From positions 960,001 through 1,024,000 of the forward strand of contig CAVZJV010000014.1 of the NCBI GenBank assembly GCA_963775685.1: a stretch of 64,000 bases of DNA, in the 5' to 3' direction. Both the position numbers and the translations under genes were made by a program. This DNA comes from Candidatus Bathyarchaeota archaeon. Lineage in GTDB: Archaea; Thermoproteota; Bathyarchaeia; Bathyarchaeales; Bathycorpusculaceae. How positions within the stretch are numbered: the first letter of the stretch is position 1; every line of letters starts with the position of its first letter. This document shows, piece after piece, positions 55,317 to 64,000 of this stretch. The notes under the pieces are model-generated. The model ran no database searches and was not told the DNA's origin. It was given only the letters and a program-made list of their open reading frames with translations.

Positions 55317-57404
55317 TTAGGGAACTTGAAAGATCTCACAAGAGCCACTGGAATATATTGTATTTATCCTGTCGTAAGAAGGTGTCACTCTACTGGCATT
55401 AAATATTGAGGTAGAGAGATAACTTCCATAGCTTAAGGTAATCTCTTCCGTAGCGATATTATATGGCATGAGGTAAACATAAGAACTTGAATTAACAGGA
55501 ACATCTGGCGTGAACTCCGCTCTACTCAGAGAGCCCACATAGGTGAAAATAGAGTCAGAGTATATATCTGCATAAACTGGGGTGCTGTTATTCCCAAACT
55601 TCAAAAGCCAAGTTGCACCCGAGACTTCAGGATCATTGAGAACGCCCATACTAGCCAGTTGCATTGAACCAAATCTATAACCGCTTAGAGGGAGTGAAGC
55701 GCTTTCGTCTTTAGCAATTTCATATATGGCTCCTGTTTGGAAAAAGAAGAAAGGGATTAGCACTAGTAAAACAACAGCGAGACTGAGGTATCTTGCTTCA
55801 ATTTTTTGTTTCGACAATAGTTTCAGAAGGTAGACACCCCCGATTAAGCAAAAAGGAGCTAACACAAACAACGTCACATGATAGAACCTAGATACGTTAA
55901 AACTGCCTGCAAAGTTGGGTATAACAATACATGCAACCAAGAGAAGCAAGTTGAACAGCACTAGAACATTGAAATCATCTTTAAAAAAGCGCATCTTGTT
56001 TTTTATTAACAAACTTACAATACCTACTATTACAAATGCTTCTGTAATATAAAATTGATATCGACCTATAGAATGCCACAGAGTTGGAATACCAGAAGCA
56101 CCGACGGCTTGCAAAACGTCATTGCTTCTTGCCTGAGGGTTGAAAAAATCAGAAAGAAAGCTGTTTCGTAACCGGCTAATTGTAATAATAAAGTTGTTAA
56201 ACGTTGATCCGGATGAAACATAAATAAACCATGCAAAAGCAATAATTCCAAACAACAAAATCATTGTAAAAGTAATTTTTGACATATGCTTGCTTGCAAT
56301 GCTAACAAGCCAAACCACAATTAGCGATGCTAAGAAAATATACGCAAGAGAATAATGTGACACAACTAAGCCAAAACTGAAAATTGTAAAAAGCGCCAAT
56401 TTTCCTGTGCCTTTTATCCTTTCGCTAAAAAGTACTATAAACAGCAAAATATAGAAAATTTCACCTATCATTTGCCTTGCTAACTGAGCTATTTCAATAT
56501 AAAACGCTATATTAGCAACGAAAAAGAAAACAGAAAAAACGGCAATTTCTTTAGTTACTTTGTTTTTAAAAAGCTGATATAACCCCACCGGAACAGTCGC
56601 AAAAATCAGCGGATATATGATTTTGAATATCCATGTTCCATCCAACTTAAGAATTAATGAATATATCGTTGGCAAAATGGTGACACTTAACATTGCATTG
56701 TAACTATAGGCCCCGGATACATCCCAGCGAAAATTATCTATCGTATTTTTGAAGAGCGAAAACTCGCCGAAGATATCGCTTCCAACGATACTACGGGAAA
56801 AAAGAGTAGTGTGAAATAATAGAGCGAGAGCAACTACAAATAATATGAGAGGGTAAAATTGAGGGGGAAAAATCTTCTTGGAAAAAGCCGCTAACCCTAT
56901 GATTAAGGCAATAGAAAAAAGCATTACAAATAGAATGATATTCCCAGTTGCAGGGTAGAGGTTCACAATTGTTCCGCCAAATATGCTAAGACCTATGATT
57001 GAACTAAGAAGAAAACCGATAATCACGACATGTTTAAAGCCAACATTAAACGTGATAGGCTCATAAAGGGTATCCCGTCTAAGAAATAGAGAAAATACAA
57101 CAAAAACACTCGTAACCACAAGTATTGGAGTTAAGTCAAGAGGTTGGGAAAATCCCAACAAAGGACCCAATGAATTAAGTAGAAATCCTTCTAACATCAA
57201 GAAAGCGAGACTCAATCCAACCATAAAAAGAGTCATTTCCACCTTTCCGAGTTTTAGTCGAAGTAACCCTAGAATAGCAAAACCAGGCACAAAAGTCAGA
57301 TAAACAAAACCAATAACTTGCCTTGCCACATCAATATCGAAAATTATGGTAAAAATCAATACTATTTGAAGGAACAGCGCCGCTAAGAACAGATTTGACT
57401 TCAT
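55317..57404 (-). CDS. DUF2206 polytopic membrane protein (GT-C/polymerase-like candidate)
   Basis: LTFVPG, GLSL, GSDIFGE, YNAMLSVTILP, ARQMIGE, SHYS; many TM segments plus a C-terminal soluble domain. Confidence 0.8.
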   Translation of the reverse strand: MKSNLFLAALFLQIVLIFTIIFDIDVARQVIGFVYLTFVPGFAILGLLRLKLGKVEMTLFMVGLSLAFLMLEGFLLNSLGPLLGFSQPLDLTPILVVTSVFVVFSLFLRRDTLYEPITFNVGFKHVVIIGFLLSSIIGLSIFGGTIVNLYPATGNIILFVMLFSIALIIGLAAFSKKIFPPQFYPLILFVVALALLFHTTLFSRSIVGSDIFGEFSLFKNTIDNFRWDVSGAYSYNAMLSVTILPTIYSLILKLDGTWIFKIIYPLIFATVPVGLYQLFKNKVTKEIAVFSVFFFVANIAFYIEIAQLARQMIGEIFYILLFIVLFSERIKGTGKLALFTIFSFGLVVSHYSLAYIFLASLIVVWLVSIASKHMSKITFTMILLFGIIAFAWFIYVSSGSTFNNFIITISRLRNSFLSDFFNPQARSNDVLQAVGASGIPTLWHSIGRYQFYITEAFVIVGIVSLLIKNKMRFFKDDFNVLVLFNLLLLVACIVIPNFAGSFNVSRFYHVTLFVLAPFCLIGGVYLLKLLSKQKIEARYLSLAVVLLVLIPFFFFQTGAIYEIAKDESASLPLSGYRFGSMQLASMGVLNDPEVSGATWLLKFGNNSTPVYADIYSDSIFTYVGSLSRAEFTPDVPVNSSSYVYLMPYNIATEEITLSYGSYLSTSIFNASRVTPSYDRINTIYSSGSCEIFQVP

Positions 57405-57595
57405 ATTGGGCTCCTCCTCCAGTTGAACATAATATCAGCCATCATAGTTAAGAAAAAAACACTTCTATCAGAATATTAAAATCTTTTGAGAAAAAATCTT
57501 TCCCAATTCAAAGTTTTCGTATATTTCTAAACCCTAAAATGTTGTTTTTAAGCGAAATTACTTAATCGCTTAAACCTAAATAAAACCAATTGGGT

Positions 57596-58498
57596 TTAAC
57601 TTAGAATCCTTTCAAGACCTGTAACACAAACAAAAAGGGCAGAAAAAGAGGCAATAATTTTGTAGCAAACTGTAAAAGATCTATCAGAAGCTACCAACGA
57701 AACATTTTTAATGAGCTGAACCATAGCAAATCTAATCATCCAAAGCCTTGAATTTTTTGTTTTTTTGAAGAAATTTGCCCAGCTTAACCCATGATGAGAA
57801 GCATGTTTTATTATATAGGCTACGTTTACTCGATCTTTCCTGACTTGATGATAAACTCTTGCTGAAGGCACATAGAGCAGTTTATAGTTTAACCCGACGA
57901 TAGTCTTACAAAAATCTACATCTTCTCCGCATAAAATGAGCTTTCCTTTCCTTGTCGTCCCTAAGGATTCGTCAAATTGAGCTATCCTGAAGATCTCTCG
58001 TTTGAATGCAGAGTTGGATGTGATGATACCGTCAACAAATTTTACTTCTGATCCTTCATCAAAAAGTCCAAGTGCCGGTTTTACCAAAATTTTTTTGGGA
58101 ATCAATTGTGGAAAAGCTGGAAAAACTGGTCCTCCAACCCCCCCCACTTTGGAGGAATAATCAAATCCAAGAATCAGATTCCTAAGCCAACCCTTATCGA
58201 CAATACAATCATCGTCAGTATAAACAATAATCGAACCTTTTGCTAATTCAGCACCCTTGTTTCGTGCATAAGCAAGCCCGTGCCGCTGTTCAACGATAAA
58301 GCGGATATTTGGAAACTGTCGTTTAATTTCAATAGTTCCATCTCTTGACCCACCATCTATAACAAGAATCTCATATAGCGATTTGGGATAATCCGACTCC
58401 AATATTGATCTAATACATTCTGACAAAAGTCTTTTTCTGTTAAAAGTACAGATTACAATAGAAATAAAAAGAGGGTTTTCAAGTTCATTTGTAAGCAT
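57596..58498 (-). CDS. Glycosyltransferase family 2
   Basis: ISIVICTFNR, ARNKG, TDDD, GEDVD. Confidence 0.93.
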   Translation of the reverse strand: MLTNELENPLFISIVICTFNRKRLLSECIRSILESDYPKSLYEILVIDGGSRDGTIEIKRQFPNIRFIVEQRHGLAYARNKGAELAKGSIIVYTDDDCIVDKGWLRNLILGFDYSSKVGGVGGPVFPAFPQLIPKKILVKPALGLFDEGSEVKFVDGIITSNSAFKREIFRIAQFDESLGTTRKGKLILCGEDVDFCKTIVGLNYKLLYVPSARVYHQVRKDRVNVAYIIKHASHHGLSWANFFKKTKNSRLWMIRFAMVQLIKNVSLVASDRSFTVCYKIIASFSALFVCVTGLERILS

Positions 58499-58620
58499 CA
58501 GATCAACCTTTTCATTTTAAAATAGTTTCTATTTCGAGCATGAATATTTGGTCTGTCCGAGTTCTTGTTTCAAATATGATAAACCTTAAATTTTTCCTAA
58601 ATTGCTAGCTTAAATGGAGC

Positions 58621-59304
58621 ATGATATTGACAAACGAAGAATCCCTAACATTTGATTTAGAAGCATTTATCAAATGGAGATTAATCGATAAAATTTATCC
58701 ATTTTATGGAAGAAAAAAACTCAAGACAAAAGATTTCTCTATTATAGGCAATGATTGTATAGTTGGAGGGATATATCATAAGTTCGGCCTGCAATTCTCG
58801 ACACCTACTGTTGGATTATTCTTCTTCTCGCAAGACTACATTAAGTTCCTAGAAAACCTGGAATATTATGTCAACCTACCCTTAAAATTCAAGGAAATAT
58901 CGAAGTATCTAAAAGCAAATGAGCTACGAAAGATGATTCCATATCCTATTGGCATCTTGGACGATGTTGAGATTCATTTTTTGCATTATTCTAATAAGAA
59001 AGAAGCTAAAGATAAATGGAATAGGCGCACTAAGCGTATAATTTTTGATAACCTGTTTATTGTTTATTCTGATGGTGAAGGATTCCGAGAAGAGTTTCTT
59101 GACCGATATGAGAAATTACCGTTTGCAAACAAAATATTCATTTCTTCGAAACCTCGCGGAAACAAAGACTACATAGTTTTCGTTCAAGACTATGTTAAAG
59201 AACAACATGTTGGTGATTCCACTCGCAACCGAAAGTATGAGAAGTACATCGATTTGATTAAATGGCTCAATCAAGAAAAAGGGTTCTTAAAGAAGAATAA
59301 ATAG
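58621..59304 (+). CDS. DUF1919 exopolysaccharide-biosynthesis protein
   Basis: FSIIGNDC.GG.Y, TPTVGLF, IHFLHY, KW.RR. Confidence 0.85.
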   Translation: MILTNEESLTFDLEAFIKWRLIDKIYPFYGRKKLKTKDFSIIGNDCIVGGIYHKFGLQFSTPTVGLFFFSQDYIKFLENLEYYVNLPLKFKEISKYLKANELRKMIPYPIGILDDVEIHFLHYSNKKEAKDKWNRRTKRIIFDNLFIVYSDGEGFREEFLDRYEKLPFANKIFISSKPRGNKDYIVFVQDYVKEQHVGDSTRNRKYEKYIDLIKWLNQEKGFLKKNK

Positions 59305-59334
59305 AAAGAAAAAAGTTTAGATCATTTCACTGAC

Positions 59335-60330
59335 TTAAACTATCCTTAGTTGATTTGAGTATGCTTTTTCTACAATTTCTAAATCGCTTAAACCGCTTTC
59401 TGCTGAAGGTTGGGGTTTTTCATCAGTTTCCAAACAATTTACGAAATATTGAATTTCTTTCAAGTAAGGTTTATTTAAACTCGAAGTCTTTCTCAGTAAC
59501 AGTTGAAAAACAGTTTTGACCTTCCTCTGTTTTCGTTGAAAGGTGTTAGCATGACCTGCTGTTCCAAAGACCTCTATATTGTTTTGCGCTTGTTGGGAAA
59601 ACCAACCAACACTAATAACACAAGTTTGATTCTCTGCGAACTTCATTATACAAATTGCATGGTCTTCTTGAGGCAAATTAAGCCTATGCCCAAGATAACT
59701 TTGTACCGTAACAACATCACCGAAATACCACCTTGCGAGATCAATCATATGTGAACCTAAGTCAATTAATGCCCCACCACCTGTCAATTCTTTAGACCAC
59801 CACCAATCTGGAACTGGCGAAGGTGCACCTGTTTCTGCCCTGTGCACAAAAGGACCGGTGCCTATGTTTGTTGCATATGCAATTTGAATATCACCCAGCT
59901 CTCCATCAAGTATCTTAGATCTAAGCGTTTGGTATGCGTCTGAAAATCGGAGTGGATAACCAATCATCAGTTTTGTATCATTTTTGTTCGAAGCAGAAAC
60001 GAGCGCTCTTCCTTCTTGAGTATTTCTGGCTATAGGTTTCTCCAAGAGAACATGTTTATGATTCTCTATAGCAGCCAGTGTACTATCAAAATGCAAATGT
60101 GTTGGCAAAGCGATGATGACGGCATCTACATCTGATTTGATTAATAGATCGTTGTAATCTTCGTAAGTTTGTGGAACACCCAGCTTTTTCGCCCGCCTAA
60201 GAGAATGTTTGGATACATCTGCTACTGCGATTAATCGAGCATTTGATAGATGAAGACAGTTATTAAGATGGATTTGACCCATGCTCCCTAGTCCAATTAA
60301 CCCCAAATTAATTTTTGACAAACCAAACAA
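59335..60330 (-). CDS. Gfo/Idh/MocA oxidoreductase
   Basis: IGLGSMG, HVLLEKP, GGGALIDLGSH. Confidence 0.93.
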   Translation of the reverse strand: MFGLSKINLGLIGLGSMGQIHLNNCLHLSNARLIAVADVSKHSLRRAKKLGVPQTYEDYNDLLIKSDVDAVIIALPTHLHFDSTLAAIENHKHVLLEKPIARNTQEGRALVSASNKNDTKLMIGYPLRFSDAYQTLRSKILDGELGDIQIAYATNIGTGPFVHRAETGAPSPVPDWWWSKELTGGGALIDLGSHMIDLARWYFGDVVTVQSYLGHRLNLPQEDHAICIMKFAENQTCVISVGWFSQQAQNNIEVFGTAGHANTFQRKQRKVKTVFQLLLRKTSSLNKPYLKEIQYFVNCLETDEKPQPSAESGLSDLEIVEKAYSNQLRIV

Positions 60331-60341
60331 CCTTTGCTTTG

Positions 60342-61289
60342 TTAAATTTTAATAATACCTGTCTTTATTGCTAAAGCATAAGCTGAAGATAGAAGTCTTT
60401 CCGTATGTGTTTTCCTCGGAAACTTCTTATCAAACATTCCTCGATCCAATCCACAATGGGAATAATTCATCTGGCCAAGACCTTCCTTCTGCGCTAAGTT
60501 TAGATATTTGATCTTAGCCGGATTCTCTCCCGCTAACTTGGAAGCTGCTGAGTCAAAAGCTACTGGATCTTGACTGGCCATTAGAAGATCGAGTCTCCGG
60601 GGAAACGTTCCCAAAAGAATCATCCCATCCAGAATATGTAAGTGAAATTTCATAATCTTATTTATCGCTACAATAGCCTCGTCGAGTTGGGAATGATATT
60701 TGTATTTCAGAGGACAGGGGTTGCAACCAAATATGTTCTTCATGGCGCAGGTAATTTTAACTTTTTCCATATACTTTATTTTTGGCACATTTATGCGCAA
60801 ATCAGCGTCTCGAATTGTATGTGGAACAAGAAGGTTGAAAACTTGCCCATTAACGGAAACTTTTTCATCATCAGTTTTGTCCTCAGCGAGATTGATCAAG
60901 TTTACTTTGTATTCCTTTGCAAGCTTTTCATAACCAAGAATTGGAAATGCGTGTTTACATTTCATTGCTGAAGCATCGGATTCAATTATTGAAACATTTG
61001 TTTCGGGAGAAGTTTGATCCCGAATTACTTCAATTAAAGCTCCAACGAATTTTGGATCTGTAGTATGACCCGTGGAACAATCCCAATAATAACACATATT
61101 GGGCTTTATGACAACGTTTCTCGCATCTTTAGGAAATTGGAAATTAATTAAATTTAAACCGGATTGAATAGCTTTTTTCCTGTCGTCAATATTAGAACTG
61201 CCTATCTTTGTGAAGCTAACAGAATTTTTTTCGACAGCAACCATTATAATGAGCACCCATTCCGTGAAAACAATCATTAAAGAAATCAA
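60342..61289 (-). CDS. DUF362 domain protein
   Basis: VVIKPN, TTDP, INVPKIK, TCAMKNIFG, DPVAFD. Confidence 0.88.
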   Translation of the reverse strand: MISLMIVFTEWVLIIMVAVEKNSVSFTKIGSSNIDDRKKAIQSGLNLINFQFPKDARNVVIKPNMCYYWDCSTGHTTDPKFVGALIEVIRDQTSPETNVSIIESDASAMKCKHAFPILGYEKLAKEYKVNLINLAEDKTDDEKVSVNGQVFNLLVPHTIRDADLRINVPKIKYMEKVKITCAMKNIFGCNPCPLKYKYHSQLDEAIVAINKIMKFHLHILDGMILLGTFPRRLDLLMASQDPVAFDSAASKLAGENPAKIKYLNLAQKEGLGQMNYSHCGLDRGMFDKKFPRKTHTERLLSSAYALAIKTGIIKI

Positions 61290-61396
61290 TATCTAAGCAT
61301 TTAGGTTATTAAATATTAAGGCAATAACAAACACTCGTAAATCTTACACGACTGCTTTGACTTTTAAAAAATCAATATTATATTCCTTCAAAATGT

Positions 61397-62509
61397 TTAT
61401 TCACCAATTTGTCGGTATACGTTTCGCAATCGGTTTATTGTAGCATCTAAAGAGAAATTGTTGATAACCCATTTTCTTCCAGCTTGAGCAAATTGTTCCC
61501 GAATATTTCTGTTGTCCAAAAGGAACACCACAGCATCAGCCAATTTTTTTGGATTGTTTACTGGAACCAAAATCCCATTTTCACCATTCTTGACAGCCTC
61601 AGGAATACCATCCGCAAAAGTAGAAATAACAGGGGTTCCACACGACAAAGCTTCCAAAAGAACTATTCCAAAAGGTTCAAAAATGGAAGGTAAAACAAAA
61701 ATTGAAGCCTGCTGGTACCATTTTACTAAATCATTTTGGTTAGTTACGCCTAAATAGGTAACTTTATGATTGCCAATCATGTTATGAGAGGCAATTAATC
61801 TTAGAATGTTTTTTACATAAACTAAATCCCAGTCTTTAGCGCCTATAATTACAAGGTGGACTGATTTTTTAATAAACTTTAGGGATTCTAACAAAACGTG
61901 AAGACCCTTTGCAGGAGCAATTCTTCCGACATAGAGCAGTGTATTATCTAGTTTTTTCAAGGTATCCGAAGGTTTGAACAGTTCCGTGTTAATAGCATTA
62001 GGGAAATAGGCAATTCTTTCCTTGGGAACACCCAAATCTACTAATTGACTCTTAATTCGTTTTGTTATTGAAAGGTAATAAGGTGCAGAATGCTTTAACA
62101 TGAATGTGCTCAAATGATACTTTTTGTAATAATCATATTCAATTCCATGCAAATGAAGAATCTTTGGTTTCGTTGTAAATATCGAGAACATTGGAAAACT
62201 AAATTCTGCTTCATGAAAATGAATAATATCATAATTCTCAAAAATATTAGTAAATCTGCCTGGAATCAAGTTCAAATTCATAGTAATTTTGTTTGAATAC
62301 CACCCAGGCAACCATTTCAAACCTGGAATTCGAAAAACAGTTGAACCATCAGACTTTGATATTTCTCCGTGCCATTTTGGTTTCCATTTCTTATCCATGT
62401 TAAAAGTCATAATGTCGGTGTGTATTCCTATCATATTTAGGTCTCTTGAAAGGAGCTCCACCATCGCCTCGGTTCCACCCTTAATTGGGTAGTATCCGGG
62501 ACTCACCAT
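61397..62509 (-). CDS. Glycosyltransferase family 4
   Basis: GGTE, YVGRI...KG, EPFGIVLLEALSCG. Confidence 0.95.
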   Translation of the reverse strand: MVSPGYYPIKGGTEAMVELLSRDLNMIGIHTDIMTFNMDKKWKPKWHGEISKSDGSTVFRIPGLKWLPGWYSNKITMNLNLIPGRFTNIFENYDIIHFHEAEFSFPMFSIFTTKPKILHLHGIEYDYYKKYHLSTFMLKHSAPYYLSITKRIKSQLVDLGVPKERIAYFPNAINTELFKPSDTLKKLDNTLLYVGRIAPAKGLHVLLESLKFIKKSVHLVIIGAKDWDLVYVKNILRLIASHNMIGNHKVTYLGVTNQNDLVKWYQQASIFVLPSIFEPFGIVLLEALSCGTPVISTFADGIPEAVKNGENGILVPVNNPKKLADAVVFLLDNRNIREQFAQAGRKWVINNFSLDATINRLRNVYRQIGE

Positions 62510-62640
62510 TAATACTCTGATAATAAAAGCTCCAGTATTCTCATTTCATCATCCAACGAAACATAATGATTTTTAATTAATACTATAATTAACACAAAAT
62601 ATGTTTATAGGTTTCTTTCTAAAATTATTTCTTCTATATT

Positions 62641-63540
62641 CTATTGATTTATTTGACTTTTAATAAATCCTAATGTCCAAGCTGTCATTTTAAAGCCATA
62701 GTGCAAAGGTAACAAAAACACTTGTTTATTTCTTAACAATTTGTAGGCAGTAAGAGAATAAAAAAATCCTGTCACAAAACCAGCAACAGGAGACATTCGA
62801 GCTATGGAAAAAAAATTTTTGTCCTTTAGGTAAATTTTTCGGCAACCGTAGCCGTACCAAAGATATTTTTTCCACAATTGTTTGAAAGTTGACATTCCCC
62901 CATGCAATTCGTAAAATTGGGCATCATTCAAAGAAATGGACCAGCCAGCATCTTTAATTCTTAAAGCCACATCCTGATCTTCACCAGCTCCACTTAGTTC
63001 TTCATCGAATCCACCAACTTGCCTTAAAGCTTCAACCCGAAAAGTGGATCCGCCCGTCCCTGGAATTTTAGTTGTCTTCCAAAGAAAAGTCCTGGGTTCC
63101 TTGAAACGTTTGTGAGAAACAATCCAGGGGATTAGTTCTAGATTAAGAATCAAATTGCCCGGAACGGTTTTAAAAACTCCAGCCGTCAATCCTATCCTCT
63201 GGTTTTGTTCAATAAAATCAACTTGTTTCCGAATGTAGGAATCTGTTAAGACTTCATCAGCATCTACCCAAATTATATAATTTCCAAGAGCGCTTCTTAC
63301 AATAATGTTTCGTGCTGGACCAACTCCTCTCCATTTGGTCTTAAAAATTCTGGTCTTAATGTCAATTTTTAGAACAAAATCATTTATTATGCCTAAAGAG
63401 TTGTCTTGACTACCGTCATCGACAAATATAAGTTCCATTTGGTCATGAGGAAAATCTTGTCTAATTATACTATTGATAGCTAAATCCAAAGTTCTTTCGC
63501 TATTATACACACACATTCCTATAGTTACAGTAGGATTCAT
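62641..63540 (-). CDS. Glycosyltransferase family 2
   Basis: VDDGSQD, ARN, VDAD, GGFDE, GED. Confidence 0.93.
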   Translation of the reverse strand: MNPTVTIGMCVYNSERTLDLAINSIIRQDFPHDQMELIFVDDGSQDNSLGIINDFVLKIDIKTRIFKTKWRGVGPARNIIVRSALGNYIIWVDADEVLTDSYIRKQVDFIEQNQRIGLTAGVFKTVPGNLILNLELIPWIVSHKRFKEPRTFLWKTTKIPGTGGSTFRVEALRQVGGFDEELSGAGEDQDVALRIKDAGWSISLNDAQFYELHGGMSTFKQLWKKYLWYGYGCRKIYLKDKNFFSIARMSPVAGFVTGFFYSLTAYKLLRNKQVFLLPLHYGFKMTAWTLGFIKSQINQ

Positions 63541-63567
63541 TTCCCTAATTCCTCAAAAAAACAAACT

Positions 63568-64000
63568 CTATTCTGTATATCCGCTTTCAGTTGTACCTAT
63601 TTGTTTCGCAGGGTTTCCAGCAACTATGCTGTTCTTTTCTACATTTCTTGTAACAACGGATCCTGCTCCAATTACAGCATTATCTCCAATAGTCACCCCT
63701 TTCAAGATTATTGCTCTATATCCAATCCAAACATGAGTCCCGATTTTAATAGGGATTATTTTAGGTCCGGATCCGTCGAGTCCATGCCAGTCTGAATCTA
63801 GAATCCAAGTTCCGTCCCCTATTATTGTTGAGGCCCCAATATCTATTTTGGATTGTGCCCAAATAGTTACGCCTCTATTTAATTTAACATCATCTCCAAA
63901 AGTTATTATGGAATTTTTTTCCAAGGTAACTATTCTTATGGGTATTGGACCAAGACTTGTTAATGATAAATTCTTACCGGCACACAGTTTGCCCGGCCCA
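63568..64000 (-). CDS. Hexapeptide-repeat acyltransferase (5' end outside the window), paralog of 32393-32914
   Basis: Frame stays open to 64000; DSDWH, IGTHVWIG, GAGSVV, AGNPA. Confidence 0.9.
   Translation of the reverse strand, partial: GPGKLCAGKNLSLTSLGPIPIRIVTLEKNSIITFGDDVKLNRGVTIWAQSKIDIGASTIIGDGTWILDSDWHGLDGSGPKIIPIKIGTHVWIGYRAIILKGVTIGDNAVIGAGSVVTRNVEKNSIVAGNPAKQIGTTESGYTE

Overview
Archaeal cell-envelope and exopolysaccharide island. Bathyarchaeia is the most likely source; this is an inference from frequent TTG/GTG starts, BRE/TATA-like promoters, DUF1616/DUF2206/DUF2341 content and lineage-typical small proteins. The window holds 4 GT4 and 5 GT2 glycosyltransferases, a Wzx flippase, a DUF2206 polytopic membrane protein, 3 Gfo/Idh/MocA oxidoreductases, an AKR-like protein, DUF362, DUF1919, an FkbM methyltransferase and 2 hexapeptide acyltransferases. 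These are interleaved with large secreted carbohydrate-active or adhesin proteins: two spherulin-4/GH135-like paralogs, a CE4 deacetylase on a 50x perfect GGAGAA stalk, a beta-helix+CBM protein, Ig-repeat proteins and a 3246-aa nested-domain protein with 20 x 219-bp repeats. Highlights: (1) a candidate archaeal GAG/Pel-like matrix system with a duplicated, uncharacterised membrane module and a TasA/AbpA-like domain; (2) patches of extreme A+C versus G+T strand skew that ignore gene direction; (3) single lesions in several surface genes; (4) a circularly permuted CBM32 domain; (5) a shared operator-like motif and two dispersed non-coding repeats. No rRNA, tRNA, CRISPR array, transposase or reverse transcriptase was recognised. 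All family calls come from motif recognition by eye, not from database searches.
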